From Camelus ferus (Eukaryota): a DNA stretch of 64,000 bases. The stretch lies in assembly GCF_009834535.1 (NCBI RefSeq), contig NC_045697.1, positions 96,412,001-96,476,000 of the forward strand, given 5' to 3'. This document shows, piece by piece, positions 13,721-26,554 of this stretch. The notes beneath the pieces are model-generated. The model was not told the DNA's origin. It was given only the letters and a program-made list of their open reading frames with translations, and ran no database searches. A program made the position numbers and the translations under genes. Within the stretch, counting starts at the first letter, position 1. The number at the start of each line of letters is the position of its first letter.

Positions 13721-14391
13721 TAGAATCAGTAACTAAATCTAAGATCATACTGTATTAATCATTTCAATGCCATACTGGTGGTAATTCACATCTATTTTAT
13801 TTGGAATTATTGTTTCCATGCTGATAAGCAAGATTGGCTCAGGATTTGCATTGTATATAAACTATATCTGTTTATGTAATACTAAGGTAAAATGGACTTG
13901 AAATTTTTGTAACTTTTACCTCTGCGTTGGAAATTTCGAGAGGCAAAGAAGTCATTTTATGCTTGATTTTACTTCAGTTTTTACAGGCAATCTTTGTGCA
14001 AATGCCTTTGCAGGTCAAAAGACTGTGGGAGGGCTTGGGCATTTTAGCTTTTTGTTTGTTTAGTTTTTTTGTTATTTCACATGTATTCGTCATTTAGCCT
14101 AAGATAATTTTATGTACATTTGCATAATTCATTTATTTCTTCAAAACTATTCCATCTAGATTTCAAAATTATTAAGTATGTAATTGAACATAATATCCTT
14201 CAAACTGAGTCAGATTAATGAGGATTAATATATTGGAGTTCACGAGCACACATATGACAGTCTGTCAGTGCTTTTGTTAATGTTAAGTGCTGTAGATACA
14301 GAACAAAATAGTTTCATTAATACAGCTATTTCCTTTGTAATTCTTGTTATGGTCACTTTGCCAAAAGAGCATATTCAATTTGACCTTATTT

Positions 14392-14543
14392 TTATATATC
14401 TATGCATCCCTTTTTTTCCTCCTCCTTTAATATTCTTAACACTAAGTTGATCCAAATAAAATTTTCTTCAGCTCAGAGAAGCTGCCCTTGTTTCTATCAT
14501 AGACCTTTTCTTCTTGTCTCTATGCTGTATTTTAATACAGTCT
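14392..14543 (-). pseudogene. Tentative terminal pseudo-exon 12
   Basis: Weak acceptor (ttaatag); in phase with exon 11: ETVLKYSIETRRKGL**KQGQLL*AEENFIWINLVLRILKEEEKKGCIDI*. Confidence 0.25.
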
Positions 14544-14628
14544 CTATTAAATGTTTTCTCAATTTTATCTTATGAGTTACATTTTTATGTCTGCTCAAGA
14601 GAGCAAAGGGAGACCAGCAAGCACCTAC

Positions 14629-14704
14629 CTGAGACTGTCAGTGCATCTCTAGGAGAGCTCCCTTCTGTCTGCTTCATTTGTCTGAATACAGTGTTTTCCT
14701 CAAA
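14629..14704 (-). pseudogene. Tentative pseudo-exon 11
   Basis: Tandem cag acceptors (14710, 14706); FEENTVFRQMKQTEGSSPRDALTVS; good donor CAG|gtaggt. Confidence 0.35.
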
Positions 14705-15125
14705 CTGACTGTATAGGGCAAAGACTGGTAGCCTTTAACTGAGAAAGAAAAAAATTATGTTATCATGGTAGAAGAATTTAGGAATTTTCTACTCTGCACA
14801 GCATCTAGAATCTGTATCCAACTCTTGACTACTATGATGAAATGGAGCTGCCTGAGGTCTTGCTTGGTTTTTTTATCACCAAAATATCTGTGTTAGGCAC
14901 TTACATGCCAGACACCAATGCACCAAGGGAACTACACCTAACAGTTTGGAGTGAAAAATACAGCTGCATCCTTGGAGTGCATCAATTAAACCCTAGATAG
15001 TTCTTTACCCATTTTAATCACTCCAGTAAGTACTCCATCACTTGCTGATAGTTCGTTTTGGTTTTCATTTATTTTTGTTTTATTTTTGGTGTTCTTAGGG
15101 AAAAATCAATCAACAACCATCTCAC

Positions 15126-15324
15126 ACAACTTAACTGTCTCCTCTCTGTATTTTTGCTTTATTTTGTTGATCTTGCTCCATCTGCTTTAAAACTTGAAAA
15201 TTTGTTAAAAATTTTTTATAAACTTGAAAATTTGTTAAAAATTTTTTATAATCTTTGACCCAGTTACTTTTTTCTAGTGATCATATGGATTAATTTGTAT
15301 TTTTCAATTGTTTCATTGATTATA
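15126..15324 (-). pseudogene. Probable pseudo-exon 10
   Basis: Acceptor ttatcctccccaccag; after a 1-nt shift IINETIEKYKLIHMITRKK*LGQRL*KIFNKF; contains a 30-bp duplication; donor gtgaga tentative. Confidence 0.45.
15191..15250. repeat. Exact 30-bp tandem duplication
   Basis: aacttgaaaatttgttaaaaattttttata x2. Confidence 0.97.
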
Positions 15325-15979
15325 CTGGTGGGGAGGATAACATATGACTTCAAAACTCCCCTCTTGACATGAAGCCTTAATCTTTTATACTCAATAATTT
15401 TTTAATATACTTTAAAATGCTATATATTCAGATACATCTTACTTTCTTAAACTATCTAGGATGTTTGTTAATTGCTATCCCCAATAAACTAGATGTTTTA
15501 AACATTACCTGAGGCATGTACAAATGCCCTGATATTCTAACGCCTATGAAGCCTGAATTTTGTTGAAACAGCCTTATTTTCTAATATTTGGCATTTAATC
15601 CAACTGGTACACAGTTCTATTCCTTTAATCTGATTATTGAAATTTTGTTCATAATTAAGTCAGATCATCAATGTTGTTCTCTCAAGATTTAGGACACAAT
15701 TCACAGGAAGGGAAATAGTCTCTTAGCCCAGCAGAACTTCCATGAGGTCATCCTCCACAAATCTTGACAGAAGTCTAAAATTTTATTTTAAGACATAAAA
15801 ATATCATTTTTGAAAACTAGTAAAACTTCGGGGTTTTAATTTTTGCTTTTGTAAAACATCTGCTAAAAATTGAAATAAGCAGAAGTCATACTACCAACTA
15901 TCTTATCAAGAAGGTGATCACTTAGTGGGAGAGAAGTTTATAAGAATAAACAATAATTATTTTTATCCTCAGTTGTAGT

Positions 15980-16170
15980 TACAGCTCTGCTAGTTAATAA
16001 ATAATGGCCTCTGGCAAGTAACTCAGTCTCTCAAAGCCTCAGCTATTTGTAAAACGTAGTGATAAAGTCTGTACTTCATGCATAAGATAACTAGGAAGCT
16101 CAAAGGAAAGGACTGTATAAATTAGTTTTAAACATGTCAAGATGTTGTGCAAAAGTGTATGTTATTTTAT
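15980..16170 (+). mobile_element. MIR SINE
   Basis: ggcaagtaactcagtctctcaaagcctcagctatttgtaaaac core-like sequence. Confidence 0.65.
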
Positions 16171-16515
16171 TAAATGAATACATTTTTATTTGACTAAACA
16201 GCTTCTGATTCTGATTGCATTGGAGAGTGCCTGACAAGAAGCTAAGCAGCAGGGACAACTCAGATACCTAGGAGAATGCAGAGTGTCAGCTGGTGACTGA
16301 GAGGCAGAGCCAGACATGGGTTTCCACGTTAATAACACCAAGGGCACAAACGTGGACGCACACTTTCGTTTCCTTTATTAATAAGCCTGACATTCTGATA
16401 TGTGCATGCCTGTGACAGTAGCTATGCTATGTACAAGCTTTTCCTCACATTTTATTATGATTTAGGAAAGCAAAGGGAATGACATCAAGGTGCTGACTGG
16501 TATCTTGGATCTTAC

Positions 16516-16589
16516 TTCTGCGTCAAAAGTAGCAGATGCCAGTCGGGAGAGTATGGACAAAATATTGAGAAGTGCTTGTCTGCTTACTT
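16516..16589 (-). pseudogene. Pseudo-exon 9 (open frame)
   Basis: Acceptor cttgtctttttag; 74 nt, phase 1 to 0: (K)VSRQALLNILSILSRLASATFDAE; consensus donor gtaaga. Confidence 0.75.
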
Positions 16590-18234
16590 CTAAAAAGACA
16601 AGTTCTTCTCCCAAAACCATCTGCCATGTAATCAAATTCTCTGGTCATCACACACAGACAAACTCCGTCAAATCAAAGTACAGATGGTCGTTTATTACAA
16701 AACAACACAGGAGGCTCAGAATAGATGATACATTTGGTCATTTTTGCACATAGAGACTCTGATTAAGTATGAAAAATGTGAACATTTGTTTATCTTGGAA
16801 AAACTGCTATTACTTGTCAGGCATGACCAATTAGTTATTTCTAAACTGTTATCCATATAATTAAGAAAAACAACCATCTGTAAAGTCAGAAATTTGTGTC
16901 TTTTTTCTGATCCACATGTAAATGTAATTTCTGTAATCTGATTTACTTAAAAGAGAATTATCAGGGACAATACAAGACAGATGATAGAAACGGTTGTATT
17001 TTATAATGTCTTTCTCTGTTTATTCCTCTACTTATGGGATTGTATATAGCTATTGTGGCTGGAATAAGGAAAATCAAAAGAGTATTACAAGAAAGCTTAT
17101 TAGGATATTTATTTTTCAAATGTAAGACATGACTGTTATAAAAACAAGTAAAATTGCCACATAAGAAAATTTATATCATTGTTAGCACACTTAAGCATTT
17201 TACATACTTAAGACAGGAAAAAAATGAAATATGATCAAGTCTTTAAAATTAACCTCATTGGAGTTCAGTTTTAATCTGTACCTAAATGTTTAATAAGCAC
17301 ATATATACACTTGATCTTAATATATATTAGTTTATGATATGTTCAACATAACTTTATACTTAGCTAGTCAATAAGGATTTATAAAATGCTTCTTTGTGTT
17401 TCATTTGTATCAACCAGCATTCTTTATCTCAAGCAAAATTCCTACATCATAGGATACAATATCAAATTGTGAGCAAATGAGGTAGTCATATAAAATGCAA
17501 TTTTCATCTTTTTTTTTTCCACCAGTAGTACTCAACACTTTCCTAACTCCCCAGAGTGGCAGTGGAGGATGTCACAAAAAAAGAATTCATGCATCACTTA
17601 CAAACTCCAGATGTCTCCTACACCTACTGTTCTCACTATTTAATCATACATACACCCAGCTGTCTTTTCTTTGTTTCACCTAGGATTTTTTTAACGTTAA
17701 ACATGTTTAAAGACCATAAACTCTATTTTAATTGAAATTATTTAAACATAAAGTGAACATACTTACTCTGTATCTCTCGTAACCAATTCCTCTTGAATTA
17801 TTTACTATTCTGATTTGAAAGGGCCAGTAAAAAATGAAATTCCATAGAAGGTTTTCAGAAGAATAAATTGCTCATTTAATGGCTTTCAAACTCAAGATCC
17901 TGGGAACATGCCATTTATAGTATTTGTGTGAGTAGCAAGTATTTCTGTTATGTATGAATAATTGATAGTGAATATTTCACATTTTAACTTATAAAATATA
18001 ATCAGAATATTTAATCAGGTTACTTTCTGCGTTTAATGCCATACAGTCTATTTGTAGTTTGCCTATTAAATAGAAGCACCTTTGAAAAAATTAAAGCTAT
18101 CTCTTACTCTTTAAAAAGAAAATATTTAATAATGGAAATACTGATATTACAGAAAAGAATGAATTATAATTTTCCTTATAGACACAGAGGCTGTGGAAAC
18201 AGACAGTTAGACATTTGCTACAAACTAGATTTAC

Positions 18235-18327
18235 TTTTTTCAACTTCCAGAACAGACCTCAAGTCCATGAGAAACATTCCACGTTCTTCCTGTCTGAGTC
18301 AAATATACGACAAGCAAGAAAAAATAT
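18235..18327 (-). pseudogene. Pseudo-exon 8
   Basis: Acceptor ttgctattcacag; 93 nt, phase 1 to 1: IFSCLSYI*LRQEERGMFLMDLRSVLEVEK; donor gtaaat. Confidence 0.7.
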
Positions 18328-18544
18328 CTGTGAATAGCAATTAAATCATATGCAAAAGTTGCAAGATGAGTACTTCTCAATTTGAAAGTTACTAGGTAAA
18401 AGAAAAATTTAATGAGATAAAAGAGATGTGTTTTAGTAAAACAGATACAGAACCAGTTGTTATGGTTATCATTCGTATTAGTATATTTTAGGTATTGAAA
18501 GAAAATTGAAACATTAAAAAAATCAGTTTCCATGGTTGTCTTCT

Positions 18545-19037
18545 AGATCAACTTTTCTGAAACTTTTTAGTTTGAAGAGCTCTTTTGTTTCTTAAAATCT
18601 GTTGAAGGCACCAAGGAGCTTGTCTTCATGTGGCTAATATTTACTATACTAGAAGTTAAAACTGAGAAATTTAAAACCGCTTATTTGTTAACCCATTAAA
18701 AGTAACAACAATAAACCTCTTACAAGTTAATGAAAAATAACTACAATGTCTTAGACAATAAAAAAGATGAGAATAGTGACATGGCTTCATATCTTTTCAA
18801 ATCTTCAATATCTGGCTTAAAAAAATCAGCTGAAGTCTCATCTCCACTTTCGCATTCAAACCATTGTGATATCACAAATGATGGAGCATCTGGAAATAGG
18901 TAGTTGTAAGAGAATGAGGGTGAGAAAAGGCAAATAATAACATGGCATTGTAATGAAATTATTAGTTTTGGCCTCACTAAGCCACAAAAGGGTTTCAGAA
19001 TTTCTACAGGGCCTCTGAAAATACTGAGAACCACTGT
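18545..19037. mobile_element. hAT-Charlie (MER119/Charlie7-like) DNA transposon
   Basis: Ends ...actgagaaccactg; internal ccaaggagcttgtcttcatgtgg and ggcaaataataacatggcattgtaatgaaattattagttttggcctc. Confidence 0.7.
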
Positions 19038-20740
19038 TATAAATCAGGTATAACACACAGATGACTTCAAGCCAATGGGAAGTCCCTGACACTTGACAAC
19101 TTAGTTCAGTCTATGTAACATGAGTCAAGTATTCATACTGAAGTTCACGCATGAATTAAAAGCCATGTTTATGAGTGTATCTTTATCTGTTATATCCAGT
19201 AGACATATAACCATTTACAACTGATTACACAAAGATATAACATTGAAATATTTTAAGATGAACAATGAAGAAAAATGCAGGGAATGTTTTAATTTTATGA
19301 CTTATTAACAACTAAGAAGATATTGAATTGAACATAATGATATTTATCTACATTAGAAAAGAGACAATTATATTTTGGGTTTTGCAAATTAATATGGTAG
19401 TTTAAATGATGTCATCTAGATTATAAAGCAAACTCCCTAATTATAACTGCCTTAGTTTAACACACTAATCTCTGCTCCTTGTTTTTTTATAATACCATGC
19501 AATATTGATGCACTTTATACTCATCCTTGGTATAACATTAAAGATGAGTTTGTAAAACTCTCAGACATAATGAGCTATGGTAAAACAGCAGCATAGAGCA
19601 CTTATAGTCATACTACTCACAATGCTAAATTCTAATGAACCAGAGGCATTACATATGATGTTGACTCACATTGTTTTCACTGCCTCATAGCCTACCTAAA
19701 AGCAAATTTGTCATCAGGCTTTAAAAGGGATGAATTCATTCTTCCATGAGGAATACAACTAGGAAATAGCATGCATTATTAAATGATTCGCATAGAAATC
19801 TCAGAAGATAATCCTTATATTAAAACTATACAATAATGAGTGATGCCACACTCATCAAATCAGAGTAATGATGTTTCATAAAGTAAATAATTAGTGGATA
19901 AAGTGGTGAACAGATGAAAGACAGATATGGATTTGCTGACTAGATCTGGAATAGGTTGCTGAGTAAGTGAGAAACGATCCAATGTTGAGGAAAAATATGA
20001 AGCAGCAACTGATGTGTGATGACATCTGGAAGAGAGCAAAATGTGCTCAGTTAAGGAAGGTTGACTTGGGGAGAGCTCTTCTAGCCACCCAAGGCAAGCA
20101 AAAGCCTCCTAGACAGAGATCTATTTAATAGTCAAGAAGTTGTTCTCTAATCTAATCCAAAACTCACAGTCAGCACCAGTTAATTTTTAAATATTAAATT
20201 TCTTTTCCATGTTATCTGATCTTTAACTATAGAATAGTTTCCCCTGGGATGGATGTCACAGATCAATATCACAAAAAATACCAAAATAAGTGAATTTTTT
20301 CCCATATAAAACCTAGTTTGACTAATCAATGCACTCACTCCATTTATAGTTTTCAAAAGTTAAGTTTTAGAATAGACAAAGTGACTGGATTGATTATCTT
20401 CAAGAGTAAGAAAGCAGGGCTATTAATTCCATGTATAATGTTCTAATTTATTCCTTTTGGTCTATTATGCTTTATACTTATCATTATTAAAATTTAAACA
20501 AAATACTCTAAACACAAATTTTAATATAACAATATGTCATTTGTTATGACTTAACATTATTATCCATAATTATATTGTTAAAACACACACATATACACTT
20601 ACATTAATGGTGAGTTAAAAAGCTGAAAAGTAAAATACTACCCCAAAAGTAACTCACTGAAATAGATAAGAAAAGACCATGAAAGTAAGTGACTGCAGTG
20701 ATTAGTAACTATAATCACAGGTAAGAGTCAGGCTTGGGTA

Positions 20741-21541
20741 TGAGAGAAAATGTGTGATTAAATGAGACCAAACTTTGGATAAGCCTGTCGACAACAGGCT
20801 TTTCTGACTTCTTACTAAAATTCCAGTCAACACCTTTCCTTTATTACACATGCAGAAATTCGGGAATCTGCTCCCCTCTATATTTGGAATGAGGGAACCA
20901 GAAAGATTGAAAACTGGAGAACTTTGTTAAATAACTCTGTCCACACCCTTGCACTAAGACACTTGACCAAACTCTAGAACGGCTTCTAGCAGCAAAAGGC
21001 TGGGTCTCCAGGTTGATACTGCAGCACCCGCCACTACCCACCCACTGAAATACCTGCCTGAGAAAGCCCAACAGTGCCCAGAAATTTTATTATTTTACTG
21101 TTTGTTCTAGCCAACTCTTATAATAAGCCCTGACCTCCCTTTCTTAGAGTATTCACTAAAAATGGCTTGCAATTTTGAATATGTCTCTTGCAATGCAGAA
21201 GCGTCTCTCTCAAGGTCCTGGGAACTAGTCCTTTGAAATGTAATGATTAAGAAGGCCTCCATCTCCCTGTCTCTGTGGGAGGATAGAATCCCGACTTGCT
21301 AACTAACAGCCTGCAGACACAGCTGGCCTAATCACATTTATGCCGACCAATCTTTGTACTTTTTCTCCTCTCTAAGTCTCCGGAGCCCCAAACTTCCCCT
21401 CCCTCATTCCCCCTTCAAAGTTTCCAGTCACCTCTGCACAAGTGGGCACGGAGCTCAGCTCTTTCCCTTCTTGTCAGCGGTTACTGAACAAAATCTGTCT
21501 TCACCACTTTAAGGAATGCCTAGCTGTGTTTATCACTGACA
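20741..21541 (+). mobile_element. Solo ERV1-class LTR in pseudogene intron 7
   Basis: GC-richer block ending ...gctgtgtttatcactgaca with an LTR-like U3/R layout; 5' boundary approximate. Confidence 0.7.
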
Positions 21542-22279
21542 GTATCACAGGCAATGTATCAGCATAGGAAGAAAAAAACAGAAAGGATAGACAGGTAGAA
21601 AGGAAGGAAGAAGGAGAAAGCACTTGTGAATCAGATCTCGGCTTTGTAATCTGCCAGATATCAAGGAAGTGTCCATGTCACTCACTGAATCTCAGATCTT
21701 CTCACCATCTAACCAACCCTGGGACCCACACCAGCCCTCACTCTTTTAATTTCAAAATTACAATTAACTGTGATGATGCTGCTTTCCATTACCTTGACCA
21801 AGATCTCCTGACAGCCCACAGTGGTCATTCTTGCTGACTTCCTATTATGAGGTGGCAGAACTCCCTGTGTTAGAACAATAGGTCTCTTACTGATTTGGAT
21901 TTGGAAGTTGGAAATACTGGATTGGTAGTCATATGAGTTGTGAAAATTCATAATGTGTCAAAAAATGAGGGCATGACCATTTGTTCTAAAATTAAATTTG
22001 TTTTATGCCTTTGGGGGAAACTTACCTACACATTCAAAACCCTAAAGAAGATAGAAATGATCAAATTTCCCAAAATAATAGTGAAATAATAGAAGTAATC
22101 TGGCTTAAATATCTTCAAATTTCTATTTCACATTACATATAAGTTAAAAAATAGAAAATAGTAACATAAAATAGGTTTTTATTTTAATAAGTATTCCTAT
22201 TACCTTAAACGTTAACTAAAAGTGAAAAAGAAATCAAATGGAAATATTTTCTCAATTTTCATAAGATATACTAATTCAC

Positions 22280-22383
22280 TTCTTATAACAATGATCAATA
22301 GTAATGGCAGGATAATTTTTGTTTGATGCCTTTATACATATAATTGTTTAATTTAGGCAACTGGATGCTACAAACATCAAAAT
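22280..22383 (-). pseudogene. Pseudo-exon 7
   Basis: Acceptor ttttatgctttctatag; phase 0: ILMFVASSCLN*TIICIKASNKNYPAITIDHCYK; donor gtgaat; one frameshift needed to join exon 8. Confidence 0.6.
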
Positions 22384-22518
22384 CTATAGAAAGCATAAAA
22401 CTTATTAACATTTGAGGATTCATTTCTTCTTTGACTGTTACACATTTCAAAGAAATATCATAACAAAACTTATTTTCCAAAAAAGGAGATACAAAAATAA
22501 AAATCCAAATATGGTTAC

Positions 22519-22618
22519 CTAGAAAATATTAGATACTGACATAAAAGACAAATATTAATATGGAATGTATTTCTCAGTGCCAATTCCATTAGGAGAGCAA
22601 TTGTTCCATTTCTACACA
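22519..22618 (-). pseudogene. Pseudo-exon 6 (transducer WKxY-like motif)
   Basis: 100 nt, phase 2 to 0: V*KWNNCSPNGIGTEKYIPY*YLSFMSVSNIF*; acceptor gacag, donor AG|gtaacc. Confidence 0.6.
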
Positions 22619-22835
22619 CTGTCAGTATTATGAATAGTTAAGTATGTGCATAATGTTATTTCAAAAGCCCCCAAAAGACTCCTATTTACAATCCACAAAA
22701 AAGCACCATAAATCCATTCACCCTATTCATCAATGGCTCAATGTTCTAAAAATAATTTTTGGATAGAATTCTGGGCTTATTAAATGTAGTTACTTTGGGT
22801 GATAGCAAAAATTTAGACTGATCAGTTATTCATAC

Positions 22836-23012
22836 CTTAATGTAAGTGAATTTATAAACTCTGCAAAGAACAGATTTGCATTTAGATACCATGAAGATTG
22901 AAAGTAATAATAATCTTTATTTGTTTCAGGGGTCTTTCTCCTCCAATTTATGTGCCCTCCTTGGGTGAAACCTCTGGAAATTGTAAATGCTAATCTCACT
23001 GAAACCTGAGGT
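22836..23012 (-). pseudogene. Pseudo-exon 5 (open frame)
   Basis: Acceptor ctctcttacctttaccag; 177 nt, phase 2 to 2, no stop: PQVSVRLAFTISRGFTQGGHINWRRKTPETNKDYYYFQSSWYLNANLFFAEFINSLTL; donor AG|gtatga. Confidence 0.7.
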
Positions 23013-23879
23013 CTGGTAAAGGTAAGAGAGAGTGGATATCACTTTCATGGGAGATCTTGTATTGCAAAATACACAATTTTTTGCATGATTTTGAAAAATG
23101 TGGCCACCAGCACATAACTATTTAGTGCTTTAATTAGACATAGAGCAGGTATATAGTTATCTTGAAATATTTCTTGCACCTATCATAATGATCAGTTTTA
23201 GAATATTTTTGAATCATAAACTCATTAATTTGAAATATTCAGTTTTTTAAATGTATCACTTCTTAGGAAAGGAGAATATACTATTTACTGTGTTATATCT
23301 ACCTCTAATAAAGTATCCTGAAAATAATTTTCTATTTTAAAGTTAATTGATTTGTATCTGTTTTGTTTTGGGCTCTGGCAAGCATCAATAACATGTATGA
23401 TCTGTTCTTTAATGTGTTCTTTCCCTCCTTGTTTTTTCCAGTGTCAAACATTTAATAATGCATTTACTTACATACTGATTTTTTATATCCTACCACAGGA
23501 TGTAAGCTATATGAGAGTAATATATGTTTCATTATAACATTCTCATCACTTGAGACATTGACTGTAACATTGACAGAGGTTGGCTAATACTGCAATTATT
23601 GTAGACTTTTAGAAATCAACACACTCAGTAGTTTCTCTTAAGAAAAATTAACATTTCAGAGAGGATGTCAGCAGGAACAGTCTCATACACTTAATCAGAA
23701 GCCAAGGAAGTCTACATGCGGGCCAGGAGGTGGTGTCAGGAAACCAGAGAAGCTTCAGCTAGTGAATGAACTGGACTCTGTGGCTTCCCACTTGGTCAAC
23801 TCACCCAAGCAGACAGGATCTGAAAGGGGGATGGTCAAATGAAGATCAAATGCTGAAACATCAACATGTAGGTCACCTC

Positions 23880-24325
23880 TAACAAAGATTTGCTCCTTCA
23901 CCAAACCCTAGTCAGACTCCTCTGAGCCCACTTCTCAACTAAGCTTTAGTCTTAGCCTCCACTCCGTCATTGGCCTGCCCAGCCCAGCGTCAGCAAGACT
24001 CCTGCTAAGTTATTTAGGGGAGAACCTGCACCTTTGATGTCTCATCACCTTTACTATCTGATCAAATTCCTTATCCCCACATTGGATGTACAAGACCTTG
24101 GTTAGGTTAAGTTGGTTTACCAGGAATCCTCACTGTCTTTGCTGTTTAATTTTCCATCCCCTTGATTCCCCTCACTCTGCTCATTGGCTGTAAGTCACAG
24201 TTGTCTTTACTCTGAGTAGAACCTGATCGCTCTCCCCTTTTGTGAAGTCTGATGTCTGTCACAGCTGTTCTGAATGAAGTCTTCCCCACTGTTTTAATGG
24301 TGTCAGAATAATTTTTTCTTGAATA
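23880..24325 (+). mobile_element. MER31-like ERV1 LTR nested in an MLT1-like remnant (~23590-24500)
   Basis: caaagatttgctccttcaccaaaccctagtcagactcctctgagcccacttctcaactaag. Confidence 0.7.
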
Positions 24326-25124
24326 TTGCTGGCCCTGAGAATATGGGCAGGAACCTGTCCATGGAAACCGAGACTGGGGAAATGATGACTTGAGGCACCA
24401 AGTGGACATAAATGGAGAGGAGTTGAAAACCCAATTCACATTACTTGTCCACATGGGATTTGCACAAAGCTCATTACCTTAAGGCTCATCTCAAGATTGA
24501 GAAGTGCATACAAAATCTACGTAAACTCAGAGTAAAGTCTGTCCAATGTTTAGAACCTTGGATGCTTGAGCTCATTTCTGGAGGAGAAATATACTCTAAG
24601 AAGCATTATCTCTCAAAATTAGGAAGAGAGTTCACTTTTTCTTTCTTGGAGAGCATAAGGAAACTATTACCCCAAAAGCTTTGTATGAGATAGAAGCAGG
24701 CAAATGTGGTTGCTTTTGAGATGAAAAGTGTGTTCATTGAGTAACTAATAACTAACTTTTGACATACTTATTTATTGGCCAGTAAGTAGGTTGTATTTTA
24801 TTGACAGACATACAAAATATGTTTATTTAAATTATTTCTTACAAGTGAAATGATTTACCAATATACAAAATATACATGAAATCTTTTTTCCATTTAAAAT
24901 AACTTACTAGAAAATTTTTCCTGATATTATTCCTGTAATAGAAAGTTCTCCACCATGTTTGTATTTAACAAGTTGTTACTTATACTTTTCTCTAGAACTT
25001 ATACTTTTTATATAGTTTTATTATTTTTTAATTTTGTGAAAATTACCTACAATCTCTCCAAAGTTATACTTAATGAATAATAAATTTAATATTCTAGACC
25101 ATTTTAATAAACCCCATTCTATAC

Positions 25125-25192
25125 CTTATATTTTTACAGGAACTTCATCCACTCTCCAGTAGCTGAAGTCTTGGGTAAGCTTAGAGAAAATT
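25125..25192 (-). pseudogene. Pseudo-exon 4
   Basis: Acceptor tcttttattttcag; 68 nt, phase 0 to 2: NFL*AYPRLQLLESG*SSCKNI(R); donor AG|gtatag. Confidence 0.65.
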
Positions 25193-26174
25193 CTGAAAAT
25201 AAAAGATATTCTCAATTTTTTTTATATTGAAATTTACATATTTCTTACAAATTATTTTGATACATAAAATTGTTTTTGTCTCATTTCAGAGTAGCTTTCT
25301 TGGACAAATAGTATTACAATAAAGTTTATCATGTAACATGCCTATGATTCTTTAGAATAACTTAACAAATTTTGTTTATAGAACCAAAACCTTTCTAAAT
25401 CATATTTTATTCTACTCTGCAATAAAATATTAATCAATTAAATATAGAAACTTCATCAAAAAATCATTCTGGCAAGTTATTTACCAAGGCAAATTTATAA
25501 AATTCCAGAAAAAAAAACTGCAACACATATTTTTCTCTCAATTTATTTCTTCCTCCCTTGCACTTGCAGCTGTGTAGTTTAATATGCTCCTCTAGCATTG
25601 CTTTTAATAACTGCATATTAACACTGTCTTCAAAATTGAAATTTTTTTTGTTCCATTATTTGAATATTAAATTAAAGCTTTCCAAATAGTTTTGAATAAA
25701 ATAAAGCCAAAATTTATTGGAATTGTTTTCAAAATGTCAAATATAATAGTAGTAGGACTCTCTCATTTTGTTTTATTTATGTATTTATTTATTTATTTAG
25801 TTAGTTTATCTGTAATAAAGATTCAGACCCTTCTAAATTAATGATTGGTCACAAAAACAGAAAGCATTTGACTATCATGCTGAAATGTACATTTTACATT
25901 TGATGCTGTATTTCACACAAAAATTACAGTTCAGCTATTTTGTTTATATATTTTATATATACATTTTGTTAATAATAGCTCTTATTACTAGTGGTACATG
26001 ACTAATGCTTGTTTAGAAATATATTAATATGAGTTTTGTATACACCACAACCAATCCTAAGTATGTTTCTTCTCCATGTTTCTTTATTTTACCATAAGTA
26101 TATTATTTATATTATACTACAAAATAAATTATTTTATCTTCTATCTAGAATATCTTAACTAAATTTGCAATCAC

Positions 26175-26449
26175 ATCCACAGTAGTTTCATGTTACATAT
26201 TGATAGGATGAAATTCCAAATATTTTACTTTGATTCTGTGAGGTAAATGGATAACTCAAATCATGATTGAAACTATGTCTATTTGAAGCATCTGATGACA
26301 CTGGTATAAACTGAACATCATTTGATATTTGCATCTTTTGTCTTCTCCTGAAAGAGCTGACATAATAAAGATAATGCTTCACTTTTAGTATTTGCATAAA
26401 AAATTTGGACTTGAAAATGAGTAACACTACTTTAGAGGGATAGTTTAAC
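26175..26449 (-). pseudogene. Pseudo-exon 3
   Basis: Acceptor cttttatttcag; VKLSL*SSVTHFQVQIFYANTKSEALSLLCQLFQEK, then frameshift into ORF 26188-26427 (QKMQISNDVQF...SYPFTSQNQSKIFGISSYQYVT); donor gtgatt. Confidence 0.7.
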
Positions 26450-26554
26450 CTGAAATAAAAGTCATGTTTATAGAGTAATAAGTAAATGCACTTTCTGCAG
26501 CTGTATGTGTTAAATTGTCTTCATTAGGCATTGGTTCTCTAAAATGAAGGTTAC

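Noticed and set aside
16490..16753. 87-aa plus ORF
   Set aside because: Antisense shadow of pseudo-exon 9
22836..22950. Alternative frame of exon 5 (RPLKQIKIIITFNLHGI) resembling TOP6BL SSVSIFLYGPLGLP
   Set aside because: Needs two compensating frameshifts and contains stops, whereas the phase-consistent frame is open; cannot be excluded without orthologs
26188..26427. 79-aa ORF as a standalone gene
   Set aside because: Non-ATG start; better explained as the post-frameshift part of pseudo-exon 3
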